Source: Candidatus Woesearchaeota archaeon
GTDB lineage: Archaea; Nanobdellota; Nanobdellia; SCGC-AAA011-G17; UBA489
DNA: 64,000 nucleotides
Direction: 5' to 3'
NCBI GenBank assembly: GCA_964622835.1
Contig: CAZUSA010000001.1
Span: 50,831 to 114,830 of the forward strand
In this document: piece after piece, positions 1-8,719 of the stretch
How positions within the stretch are numbered: the first letter of the stretch is position 1
Layout of the letters: every line of letters starts with the position of its first letter
Notes under the pieces: model-generated
Seen by the model: the letters and a program-made list of their open reading frames with translations, nothing else
The model's database searches: none
Told to the model about the DNA's origin: nothing
Program-made: the position numbers and the translations under genes

Positions 1-73
1 CTAGTTCTAGTATACCCCGTTATGATTTATAAATGTTTCTATTGTAACTACTATTAGATAGTGAAGAAAGAGG

Positions 74-1849
74 TTGCAAAGCTATTTAAACGTCCTAGAG
101 CGCCTAGCCAGAGAGATGGCAAAAAAAGAGTTTAAAGACTATTCACTAAAGCATAGCACCGCTCACATCCTAGCTTCAGCCATTAAAGAACTCTACCCCA
201 AAGCAAAGTGTGCTATTGGTCCACCAACAGAAGAGGGATTTTATTATGATTTTGATAATTTAGATATTACTGATGATAACTTCAAAGCTATTGAAAAGAA
301 GATGCGTCAAATTGCAGAAAAAGGATTGACTTTTGAAAAAACGGAAGCAACAGCTGCAGAAGCAAAGAAATTACTCAAAGATGAACCATACAAGATAAAA
401 ATCCTAAAAGATGTTGAAGGTCCAATTACCTTTTACAAACATGGAAGTTTTAATGATTTATGTGAAGGACCTCATGTAAAATCAACGAAAGAAATTAGAC
501 ATTTTAAATTAACAAAGTTAGCTGGTGCATACTGGCGTGGCGATTCTAAGAATAAAATGTTAACACGTATTTATGGTGTTACGTTCAAAACAGAAAAAGA
601 ACTTAAAGATTATTTAGTTATGATTGTAGAAGCTAAGAAACGTGATCACAAATTGTTAGGAAAACAAATGCAATTATTTACGTTTTCTGATTTAGTTGGT
701 AAAGGGTTACCATTGTGGTTACCGAAAGGTGAAATTCTTAGAAGAGAACTTGAAACCTTTGCTATTGAAGAAGAAGAAAAGGCAGGATATGTTCGTGTTG
801 CAACACCCCATTTAGGAAAGAAAGAACTCTATGAGAAGTCAGGTCACTTGCCCTATTACAAAGATTCCATGTATCCTGAAATGACAATGGATGATGGCAC
901 GTATTATCTTAAGGCAATGAATTGTCCTCACCACCACATTATTTTTGGTAGTCGTTTACGCAGTTATAGAGAGTTACCTTTACGTATCGCAGAGTATGGT
1001 ACCGTATACCGTAATGAATTATCGGGTGCGTTAGCTGGACTCTTACGTGTGCGCATGTTATCGATGAATGATGCCCATATTTATTGTACAAAAGATCAGA
1101 TTGAATCTGAAATGAAAGCTGTCATTGCTATGACACAAAATTACTTCAAATTATTTGGGCTAACAAACTATTATTATCGATTATCCTTATGGGGTCCAAA
1201 GAACAAAGACAAATACTTTAACGAACCAAAGAATTGGGAGTACACACAAGATATTTTACGTAAGGTTTTGAAAGATGCAAAGGTAGAATTTGAAGAAGTG
1301 GAAGATGAAGCTGCCTTTTACGGTCCAAAGATTGATATTCAATTCAAAACAGTACTTAACAGAGAAGAAACAATGTCAACGATTCAGTTAGATTTTGTTG
1401 CAAAGAAGAATTTTGATTTGAAGTTTACAGATAAAGATTCTGGTGAAAATAAGGAAGTCTTTGTTATTCACCGTGCACCATTATCAACACATGAGCGTTT
1501 TATTGCATTCTTAATTGAGCATTATAGTGGCAATTTCCCCCTATGGCTAAATCCTGAACAAGTGCGTGTTATGGCATTAACAGATAGAAATAACAAGTAT
1601 GCTGAAGCTATCTATAAGAAATTAAAAGATGCAGGAGTACGCGTAACGTTAGATGTTAAGTCTCATGCTATTGGTAAGAAGGTGCGTGAGGCACAATTAG
1701 AAAAAGTAGGCTATATGTTGACGTTAGGTGATAAAGAAGAGTCTAAGAAAGCATTAGCTGTTCGTACGAGAGAAGGCAAAGTAACCTATGACGTAAAGCT
1801 AGAATCTTTTATTAAAGACTTACAAAAGGAAATTGCTGACAAAAAATGA
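74..1849 (+). CDS. thrS: Threonyl-tRNA synthetase, bacterial type (N2 editing + catalytic + anticodon-binding domains; no N-terminal TGS domain)
   Basis: Class II aaRS motifs (HIIFGSRLRSYRELPLRIAEYGTVYRNE, GLLRVRMLSMNDAHIY); bacterial ThrRS N2 editing signatures HSTAHILASA...GPPTEEGFYYDFD and LCEGPHV...LAGAYWRGDS. ORF track start is TTG at 74; an in-frame ATG at about 116 (MAKKEFK) is an alternative start. Confidence 0.9.
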   Translation: MQSYLNVLERLAREMAKKEFKDYSLKHSTAHILASAIKELYPKAKCAIGPPTEEGFYYDFDNLDITDDNFKAIEKKMRQIAEKGLTFEKTEATAAEAKKLLKDEPYKIKILKDVEGPITFYKHGSFNDLCEGPHVKSTKEIRHFKLTKLAGAYWRGDSKNKMLTRIYGVTFKTEKELKDYLVMIVEAKKRDHKLLGKQMQLFTFSDLVGKGLPLWLPKGEILRRELETFAIEEEEKAGYVRVATPHLGKKELYEKSGHLPYYKDSMYPEMTMDDGTYYLKAMNCPHHHIIFGSRLRSYRELPLRIAEYGTVYRNELSGALAGLLRVRMLSMNDAHIYCTKDQIESEMKAVIAMTQNYFKLFGLTNYYYRLSLWGPKNKDKYFNEPKNWEYTQDILRKVLKDAKVEFEEVEDEAAFYGPKIDIQFKTVLNREETMSTIQLDFVAKKNFDLKFTDKDSGENKEVFVIHRAPLSTHERFIAFLIEHYSGNFPLWLNPEQVRVMALTDRNNKYAEAIYKKLKDAGVRVTLDVKSHAIGKKVREAQLEKVGYMLTLGDKEESKKALAVRTREGKVTYDVKLESFIKDLQKEIADKK

Positions 1850-2388
1850 TGGATCCAAAGAACGATGTTGAGCGTCTTATTGAAACGTTAATGTTTCAAG
1901 AGTGGTCTGAAAAGCATACTAAAGCGTATCTTTCTGATTTTTTTTGTATTTTAGATAAAGAGTCATCTGATGATAATATGTGGCAAGTTGATTATTACAA
2001 TCCAGAAGACGATACGATGACGTCGTTTGAAGTTCCTGCTGATAAGAGAAAGAAGTGTTCTATTAAGCAAGAGGAATCAAAAGTATTCAAGAAAGAAGCT
2101 GATACGGTTGAACAACTTTCTGTAGGTGAAATTACAAAGACAGATGCTGATGTTGTTGATATTGCTCAGGAAAACTTAAAATTACAACATGCTCATGAGC
2201 AACCAACGAAGTCTATTTTAATTTTACAACACAGTAAAGATCATAAGGTTCCTATTTGGAATGTAACATTAATGACGATGGCCTTAAACATGTTTAACGT
2301 AAAAATTAATGCTATTACCGGTGAAGTCTTAGAATCTTCATTAAAGTCTGCTATGTCCTTAAAGCGTGAGATGTTGAGTGGCAAATGA
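1846..2388 (+). CDS. Hypothetical protein (180 aa), translationally coupled between thrS and xth
   Basis: Continuous ORF with 4-nt overlaps on both sides (ATGA junctions). No recognisable motif; acidic. Confidence 0.4.
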   Translation: MMDPKNDVERLIETLMFQEWSEKHTKAYLSDFFCILDKESSDDNMWQVDYYNPEDDTMTSFEVPADKRKKCSIKQEESKVFKKEADTVEQLSVGEITKTDADVVDIAQENLKLQHAHEQPTKSILILQHSKDHKVPIWNVTLMTMALNMFNVKINAITGEVLESSLKSAMSLKREMLSGK

Positions 2389-3131
2389 AACTTATTTCGT
2401 GGAATGTTAATGGTATTCGTGCTGTCTTAAAGAAGGGGTTTCTGGATTTTATAAAAAAGGAAAATCCTGATGTGTTATGTATTCAAGAAACAAAGGCACA
2501 TCCTGATCAAGTGGATATGGTGTTAGACAAGTATGAACATCATTTTTGGAATAGTGCTGAAAAGAAGGGATATTCTGGTACTGCTGTCTTTAGTAAAGTA
2601 AAACCCATTCAAGTAACGTATGGTGATGGTCCGATGAATGATACAGAAGGTCGTGTTATTACTGTTGAATTTAAAGAATTTATTGTAGTCAATGTATACA
2701 CACCGAATGCAAAGCCTGATTTATCTCGTTTAAAATATCGTCAAGAGTGGGATAAAATATTCTTAAAATATTTAAAAGATTTAGAGAAGAAGAAGCCTGT
2801 TGTTCTTTGCGGTGATTTGAATGTTGCTCATAAGGCAATTGATTTGGCACGTCCTACGGCAAATACTACAAGTCCGGGTTTTACTCCTGAAGAACGAAAG
2901 GGTATGGATAATTATGTTAAGGCTGGTTTTATTGATACATTTCGTGAGTTTCATAAAGAAGGTGAACATTATTCATGGTGGACGTATCGGTTTGGTGCAC
3001 GTGAACGGAATGTTGGATGGCGTATTGATTATTTCTTAACATCCACTATATTAAAGAAGAAACTAAAGAAAGCGTTTATCCTTCCTAAAGTGTTAGGCAG
3101 TGATCATTGTCCTGTTGGTATTGAATTATAA
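2385..3131 (+). CDS. xth: Exodeoxyribonuclease III / AP endonuclease (EEP family)
   Basis: N-terminus MKLISWNVNGIRAV...VLCIQETK and C-terminal SDHCPV are classic ExoIII/Ape signatures. Confidence 0.85.
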   Translation: MKLISWNVNGIRAVLKKGFLDFIKKENPDVLCIQETKAHPDQVDMVLDKYEHHFWNSAEKKGYSGTAVFSKVKPIQVTYGDGPMNDTEGRVITVEFKEFIVVNVYTPNAKPDLSRLKYRQEWDKIFLKYLKDLEKKKPVVLCGDLNVAHKAIDLARPTANTTSPGFTPEERKGMDNYVKAGFIDTFREFHKEGEHYSWWTYRFGARERNVGWRIDYFLTSTILKKKLKKAFILPKVLGSDHCPVGIEL

Positions 3132-3773
3132 TTATTTTTTCTTTGTCACACCTTGTTGTGGACATATCTTGTTAAGAAAACATGTTGAACATATGGGTGT
3201 TGGTGCTTTACATAGTGCTCGTCCATGATCGACAAGGACATGGTTAACAAACCACCAATGTTTTTTTTCTAGTTTCTGTAATAAGTCTTGTTCTACTTTA
3301 TCTGGATTGGTGTGATGTGTCCATCCAAGTCTATAGGCAATACGTTTCACGTGTGTATCCACGGCTATACCTTCTACTTTTCCGTAGGCTTTACTTAAGA
3401 CAATGTTTGCTGTTTTTCGTGCGACACCATGTAGACTGATTAATTCTTTCATGGTATCAGGTACATTGTTATTGAATTCATCAACAATCAATGCACCTGT
3501 TTTCTTGATGTTTTTTGCTTTGTTATGATAAAACCCTGTTGATTTAATATATCGTTCAAGTTCTTTGATGTCTGTTGTTGCGTAGTCTTTTGCTGTTTTG
3601 TATCGTTTGAACAATGCTGGTGTTACTGTGTTGACTCTTTTGTCTGTACACTGTGCCGATAAGATCGTTGCAACAAGCATTTGCAGTGGATTTTTGTAAT
3701 GTAAAGAAGGCTGCTTTGCAGGATAGTGTTTATCTAACAAGTCTATTGTTTTCTTTAATGGCGCTGGTTTCAT
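3132..3773 (-). CDS. nth: Endonuclease III (HhH-GPD DNA glycosylase with 4Fe-4S cluster loop)
   Basis: HhH motif LISLHGVARKTANIVL, catalytic VDTHV, C-terminal CKAPTPICSTCFLNKIC (C-x6-C-x2-C-x5-C). Confidence 0.85.
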   Translation of the reverse strand: MKPAPLKKTIDLLDKHYPAKQPSLHYKNPLQMLVATILSAQCTDKRVNTVTPALFKRYKTAKDYATTDIKELERYIKSTGFYHNKAKNIKKTGALIVDEFNNNVPDTMKELISLHGVARKTANIVLSKAYGKVEGIAVDTHVKRIAYRLGWTHHTNPDKVEQDLLQKLEKKHWWFVNHVLVDHGRALCKAPTPICSTCFLNKICPQQGVTKKK

Positions 3774-3808
3774 AGATTGAACACTGTTCGTCTTGTTGAT
3801 AAGTGTTA

Positions 3809-4489
3809 CTAGTTATTACTAGCTATACCAAAAGGAAGTATCCCTTGGGAACGCTCAAAAGAAAGATCAGGTATTTCTCTAGAATATTGTTCTCTAAAAA
3901 TTCGAGCAACTTCTTTAGCAAGTGCTGTAGCTTTTTTTTCTGGAGAATCATGTTTTCTTGATTGGAAGGGTAGTCTCGCTAATGCATCAAGATCACAATC
4001 ATGAGTTTTATGATGGTAATCATATTCACGTCCTGAAACAAATCTGTGTGGTTGTGTGGCAATAGCAACACTCAAATCAGTAATGACATCATCATCAATT
4101 GCTTCAAGACGTTCACGGAAATGTTCTCCCTTATGAGGGTTTAATTGGTGATAGCGATGAACTACGGCGTCAGACAAGTCACTATCTCGTTCTCGACAAA
4201 AAGCTGTAGATTTATTAACGACAGCAAAACCTACACGGGCTACTTGGGAAAAGAATTCGTATCTATTTTCTGATGTAAGTTGGCCAAAAGGTACTCTCCC
4301 TTGTGCGCGAGCAATGCGTAATCCAACTTCGATAGCTTCTGTTTCTTTAAAATCTAAAAATCCATAAAGACCAGCAAGAGGTGTTTCAACAAGACCATCA
4401 TAAAGAGGTTCAAGAACCTTAGTATCACCGCCACCAGTGGCCATAACAAGATCAATGGTTGGTTTAGGTCGTTTAATTGTTGGCTGCAT
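3809..4489 (-). CDS. Hypothetical protein (226 aa)
   Basis: Long ORF. N-terminal VMATGGGDTKVLEP glycine-rich motif and a His/Asp-rich C-terminal half (YDYHHKTHDCDLD). No confident family assignment. Confidence 0.4.
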   Translation of the reverse strand: MQPTIKRPKPTIDLVMATGGGDTKVLEPLYDGLVETPLAGLYGFLDFKETEAIEVGLRIARAQGRVPFGQLTSENRYEFFSQVARVGFAVVNKSTAFCRERDSDLSDAVVHRYHQLNPHKGEHFRERLEAIDDDVITDLSVAIATQPHRFVSGREYDYHHKTHDCDLDALARLPFQSRKHDSPEKKATALAKEVARIFREQYSREIPDLSFERSQGILPFGIASNN

Positions 4490-4566
4490 ACGTCAGGTAC
4501 TGTATAACTATATTTAAATCTTTCTATTAATTGTAACTAAGGAGTAGTGGAAATATAATAATATAT

Positions 4567-5037
4567 CTAATCCCAACGAACGTTAACAACTGCTCGAAGT
4601 GCATCCAATTTATTATCGGGATCCTTAAAGGAAAAATAAGGAAACGTATGGGCTTGTCCATTTACTACTCTTTCTTTCAAATGAGACAGATCATACACAG
4701 CAAATGCCATATCTTCTCCCCTATCAAGATAATCATCTAAGCCATGGTCAGCATTATGATAAATACCAACAAGGCCAGGATTTTGGGGATGATCAACGGC
4801 ACAACAGTCCATATCATTTCTTCTTGAGAACTCTTCACGATGGAAGGTACCTGTTGTTAAAACAAGAGGTATTAGTTCAGCCTTAAAAGCACTATATCCG
4901 AATTGAGGACCAAACAAGCCACGTGGAGTGAGTTTCTCTCTAAGAATATCTTGTCGTGTAACAGCATAGCCATCAGCTTTGTTAAAATCAATGGCAAATG
5001 GGCGTATTCTTGGCATTGTATTGAGTATTATCTGCAT
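4567..5037 (-). CDS. Hypothetical protein (156 aa)
   Basis: ORF only. His/Asp-rich segment (HNADHGLDDYLD). No assignment. Confidence 0.35.
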   Translation of the reverse strand: MQIILNTMPRIRPFAIDFNKADGYAVTRQDILREKLTPRGLFGPQFGYSAFKAELIPLVLTTGTFHREEFSRRNDMDCCAVDHPQNPGLVGIYHNADHGLDDYLDRGEDMAFAVYDLSHLKERVVNGQAHTFPYFSFKDPDNKLDALRAVVNVRWD

Positions 5038-5106
5038 CTACAATCACCAAACCCCTTTATAAAACCATCTATTTATCGTAACTGAATAGTAGTATAAAAT
5101 AGAAGA

Positions 5107-5475
5107 TCATGGACGAAATGATGGCGGCATAAGTTCCCATTTGCTCCTAGAAGCACGATAGTTCACTTGCACTCGTTCTGAAAGACCATCTTCAGGTGGA
5201 ACATATCGTAATAATTGTACATGAAGATCGTCAGCAAGAGGTACACGACCACCCCATCGTTCATGAAGTGTAAGCATTCCCGCATTTTCATGGAGTGTTC
5301 TTTCTAAAGGATAATCCCCTCCAACACGCAATAAACAAGACGGTGGCCCTTCATCACTTGTAGGAGAAATACTAGCAACATTAGCAATAACAAGTTGTTT
5401 TGTAGTCAAATGTCTAAAGGTTACCTGGTCTCCAGGAACATACATTTTCCAAATACCTATTCTGTTGCTTGCCAT
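5107..5475 (-). CDS. Hypothetical protein (122 aa), possibly a beta-barrel (MOSC/PK-like) domain
   Basis: ORF only. Arg/Pro-rich composition unlike neighbouring genes. Confidence 0.3.
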   Translation of the reverse strand: MASNRIGIWKMYVPGDQVTFRHLTTKQLVIANVASISPTSDEGPPSCLLRVGGDYPLERTLHENAGMLTLHERWGGRVPLADDLHVQLLRYVPPEDGLSERVQVNYRASRSKWELMPPSFRP

Positions 5476-5519
5476 AATTTCCGAAGTGTCAAATATTCAA
5501 TTTATAAAACTTACGCTAC

Positions 5520-6266
5520 TCATTGAAAACGTGATAACGCTTCTTCTTCCATAAAGTGTAATGCACCGGGAATAATGAAACATTGCGGATTTGTTTGTAA
5601 GGTAACAGCATTTGCAGCACCAACATGTATTTCTTGTTTTCCACTACCAAGACCACCACACACAATAACTTCTGTATCAGGTTTTAATCCACAACGAATG
5701 AAGTAATCTAATCCATCTCGTGCAGTCATGAAGGTAATAGTTCCATTGATATTTTTTAGATCTAATAATACTAACGTGTGCAAACCAATCTCTTTATTTT
5801 TAATCATAAAATCATAGGTACTCGTAACATCAGTGTTTTCTTCAGGAACAGTTACTGTTCTTCCAAATTTATACAAGCTTAATCCTGTACTACCCACTGT
5901 TGTTAAGATACTTGCATTGTCTATGACTGTTGTTTGCACATCATGTTTGTTCGCCCGCGTTAACAAATCAACGTGTGTCGTAGCACCTAATGGACTACCA
6001 ACAATAAGTAAAGCAATATTTTTGTTTTGTGCTGGTGTAATCAGTTCTTCATCAGCTTGTGTTTCTAAAAAGTCACGATCAACAGGAGTAATAGTAACCC
6101 CATATGCTTGTTCTAAAGCAGCATGATCATAGTCTACTAATTGACTGGTGTAGGCTTCTAAGTACACTTTATCACATTTCTTAAGGCAATTTAAGCCTTG
6201 TAGAGTAATGTCTTGGGGTGTCCCTAGTCCTATGCCGATGAGGTATAACATTCCAAAAGGCTTCAA
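5520..6266 (-). CDS. dph5: Diphthine synthase (class III SAM-dependent tetrapyrrole-type methylase)
   Basis: N-terminus MLYLIGIGLGTPQDITLQGL... matches the diphthine synthase/DphB family. Length 248 aa. Confidence 0.8.
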   Translation of the reverse strand: MKPFGMLYLIGIGLGTPQDITLQGLNCLKKCDKVYLEAYTSQLVDYDHAALEQAYGVTITPVDRDFLETQADEELITPAQNKNIALLIVGSPLGATTHVDLLTRANKHDVQTTVIDNASILTTVGSTGLSLYKFGRTVTVPEENTDVTSTYDFMIKNKEIGLHTLVLLDLKNINGTITFMTARDGLDYFIRCGLKPDTEVIVCGGLGSGKQEIHVGAANAVTLQTNPQCFIIPGALHFMEEEALSRFQ

Positions 6267-6276
6267 AAAGTGTTAT

Positions 6277-7773
6277 TTAAACGTGTCGATACGTTGTTCG
6301 TGTACTTTTGACAGTACCAACAACACTGCGTAACATATGTCCTGTTACTTCAAGATCATACCATTGGTGTAATGGTAGTCGTTCTTTTACACCAACAATT
6401 AAGGGATAACTACCCATTTGTCGTCCAAACGTGTGATTCCCATCGTGAACTTCCATGTAGACATTTTTCATAACGGTTCCAAGAGGTACTAATCGTTTCA
6501 ATAAAGGTACATCTATGGTTTTCCGTATGGTGTTTCGCCATTGCCAATAGCGTGCTTTATTTTTTCGTAAGAATTTTCTTCCTGTTGCTTCCATTGCTGT
6601 TCCTGGTAACGGCGTCACTTGTCGTATGTTTATACGTCGTAGTAAAAGATTCTCATCAACAATTTTGTTAAGGTATTCTAGGTTGAGTTCTCCTGTTTTT
6701 TTTGATTCTCCTTTTAATCCAAAGACAATGTTAATACCTGGTAATAAATAGTGCATACCATTAGGTCCTCGTTTATTGCCAAATTCATTGATCATACGTA
6801 TGGCTTTTAATGCAATTGCTGGTGATGTGTTTAATGTATTTTGTTTGACAACGTCCATGTCAAAGCTTTCTACGCCAAAGGCTGCAACGTTTCCTTCTGT
6901 ACAATGTTTAACAACGAGTTTTGTTCGTTCTTCATTGACCATGGAGGGTATGACATTATCAATGTGTAATGTGTGTAAGCCTAAACTACTCTGCCGCCCA
7001 ATAGGCTTCAATAGTTGTTCTATGGCTTTGGGATCGCCACCGTTGTAACTGAAGAAGCATGCTTGTTTGCCTAATCGTATGTGACGTTGGTTTAATGTAA
7101 CAAACGCTTTGATTTCTTTATGAATATCAGTGTGTTTTCTCCATGAAACACGTGCTTTCAATGGTTCTGTACAGAAACTACATTTGCCCATGGCACATCC
7201 ACGTCCTGTTTCTATTTCGATCATGGCTGGCCAAGGTATTTGTTTGACAATGTCTACTCCTTGTAAGGCAAAGGGTTCAAGATCACCGTACTCGGTAAAC
7301 ACTTCAGGTAATTGTTCATCAAATAACGTACTCGTTATACGTTCGGCAGTTCTTCCACCTTCTAATTGTGTTCCTGTACTGACAACAGGCCCGTACAAGA
7401 CTGTTCTCGCTTTAACATGGGGCAAAAATGTCTTTAATTCTTGTATTGTTCCAGGTAATGCACTGAGATATTTTCCTGGTGTTTGTATGCCAACAACACA
7501 GTATAATGTTTTTGTAGAAGCTAATATTTCTTTAATGTTTTCACGCGTTCGATGAGCGATGGCAATATTTGTTTTTTGTTGTTTCTTTTCTTTGTTCTTA
7601 TATTGTAAAAAAAATCGAAGATCATCGATGGTTATGTAATTAACCTTTCCTTTAAGAGAACCTGCAAGATAGCGTGGATGCACACCTACATATGGTGGAA
7701 CACCAAGACCTGCTGGTTCATCCGTGTAACAATCCAAGATGGTATCAGGATAGATCATGCACAGAGCATGCAC
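6277..7773 (-). CDS. Radical SAM-superfamily protein with N-terminal B12-binding-like (Rossmann) domain and non-canonical Cx4Cx2C cluster motif
   Basis: ETGRGCAMGKCSFCTEP (C-x4-C-x2-C). N-terminal PAGLGVPPYVGVHPRYLAGSL resembles the B12-binding radical-SAM N-domain. 498 aa. Confidence 0.65.
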   Translation of the reverse strand: MHALCMIYPDTILDCYTDEPAGLGVPPYVGVHPRYLAGSLKGKVNYITIDDLRFFLQYKNKEKKQQKTNIAIAHRTRENIKEILASTKTLYCVVGIQTPGKYLSALPGTIQELKTFLPHVKARTVLYGPVVSTGTQLEGGRTAERITSTLFDEQLPEVFTEYGDLEPFALQGVDIVKQIPWPAMIEIETGRGCAMGKCSFCTEPLKARVSWRKHTDIHKEIKAFVTLNQRHIRLGKQACFFSYNGGDPKAIEQLLKPIGRQSSLGLHTLHIDNVIPSMVNEERTKLVVKHCTEGNVAAFGVESFDMDVVKQNTLNTSPAIALKAIRMINEFGNKRGPNGMHYLLPGINIVFGLKGESKKTGELNLEYLNKIVDENLLLRRINIRQVTPLPGTAMEATGRKFLRKNKARYWQWRNTIRKTIDVPLLKRLVPLGTVMKNVYMEVHDGNHTFGRQMGSYPLIVGVKERLPLHQWYDLEVTGHMLRSVVGTVKSTRTTYRHV

Positions 7774-8272
7774 AGGTTAGTTTATAAGCATATGCGAGAG
7801 CAAAGCCCGCTCCAAGTGCAAGTGGATAGTTTCCATTAATAAATGTATGAATGGTTAACAAAAAGATTAATGCATAGGGTACAGCAAAGACAAAAATGAT
7901 ACTATGTAATTGCGGTTTTTTATGAAAGAGACTAACATGCAACATTCCATACACAAACATCAGTGATGCTATAACAACGGCTGTTGCATTTGCAGTAAAG
8001 GCTAAGATTATTGCAAAGAGTAAGTAGGGTGGTGTTGATGTGTACATTGCTAAAAGAATACCTAAAAAGGCTACAAAAAAGAGGGGTACGGTTACTGTTG
8101 TTAATCCCATAAAGAGTAATGTTAAACTAAGTAATAAGAAAACAAGTGCTTTTACTTTAAGAAAATAGGGTATGCCACTAGTTAATTCTTCTGGTGCTAT
8201 TTTTGTTAGGAAATATCCAATGAATAATCCAAAGATAACATACAATGGTAAGAGTATTATCTGTTCAAGCAT
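7745..8272 (-). CDS. Integral membrane protein (about 5 TM helices), hypothetical
   Basis: Hydrophobic segments throughout. Start overlaps the end of the radical-SAM gene by 29 nt. Confidence 0.45.
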   Translation of the reverse strand: MLEQIILLPLYVIFGLFIGYFLTKIAPEELTSGIPYFLKVKALVFLLLSLTLLFMGLTTVTVPLFFVAFLGILLAMYTSTPPYLLFAIILAFTANATAVVIASLMFVYGMLHVSLFHKKPQLHSIIFVFAVPYALIFLLTIHTFINGNYPLALGAGFALAYAYKLTCACSVHDLS

Positions 8273-8294
8273 AGATTTTAACTAAAAAAGAAAT

Positions 8295-8708
8295 TTAAAA
8301 GCCTTTAGTATGTTTTGAGGTAATTCGCATAAATCCACCCTTACTTTCACCAATTTTTTTTGCAACAGCAGGAGAAGGTGTTTGTACCAAAAGTAAATGA
8401 AGATCACTTCTTCTACGAGCAGTAGCATCAAGCATTGCACGAGCAAAACCTAATTCACTCCTATGACGTGCATCTGCAGGATCACCATTCATACTACCAA
8501 GTATTGCATCAACCTCTGCAACATCATCAAATATTTGAAATCCATAGGGAAGAAAGGAACCCTTTGTTGGAGAATCCTTTACAGCAGTATAGTGAGCAAG
8601 ATCTACATGCCCTAATGATTCATTCCTACAATTGCCCATGCGTATGTATGTTTGCCAAGTCATAAGACCAAAACAATCAAAAAGTAGGCTTATAAAGGTT
8701 ATGTTCAA
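8295..8708 (-). CDS. Hypothetical protein (137 aa)
   Basis: ORF only. Start uncertain (several in-frame Met). Confidence 0.3.
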   Translation of the reverse strand: MNITFISLLFDCFGLMTWQTYIRMGNCRNESLGHVDLAHYTAVKDSPTKGSFLPYGFQIFDDVAEVDAILGSMNGDPADARHRSELGFARAMLDATARRRSDLHLLLVQTPSPAVAKKIGESKGGFMRITSKHTKGF

Positions 8709-8719
8709 GTAGCTATTCC

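Noticed and set aside
74-1849. Treating ThrRS as N-terminally truncated by the window edge
   Set aside because: The ORF starts 73 nt inside the window with upstream stop codons in frame. The missing TGS domain is a genuine feature, not a window artefact. Start-codon choice (TTG vs ATG) remains open.
2781-3039. Overlapping ORFs 2781..2969(-) and 2821..3039(+) inside xth
   Set aside because: They are embedded in a strongly supported exonuclease III frame with no independent evidence. Similar shadow ORFs inside asnB-dph6, smc, rtcB and the pdh genes were ignored for the same reason.
3809-4489. NAD kinase / diacylglycerol-kinase assignment from the GGGDT motif
   Set aside because: The motif is GGGDT not GGDGT and lies at the extreme N-terminus. 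The rest of the protein lacks NAD-kinase NE/D and DG motifs.
6277-7773. Possibility that the radical-SAM gene next to dph5 is Dph2
   Set aside because: Dph2 is about 340 aa with three Cys from separate domains and no contiguous CxnCxxC motif or B12-like N-domain. This 498-aa protein does not fit.
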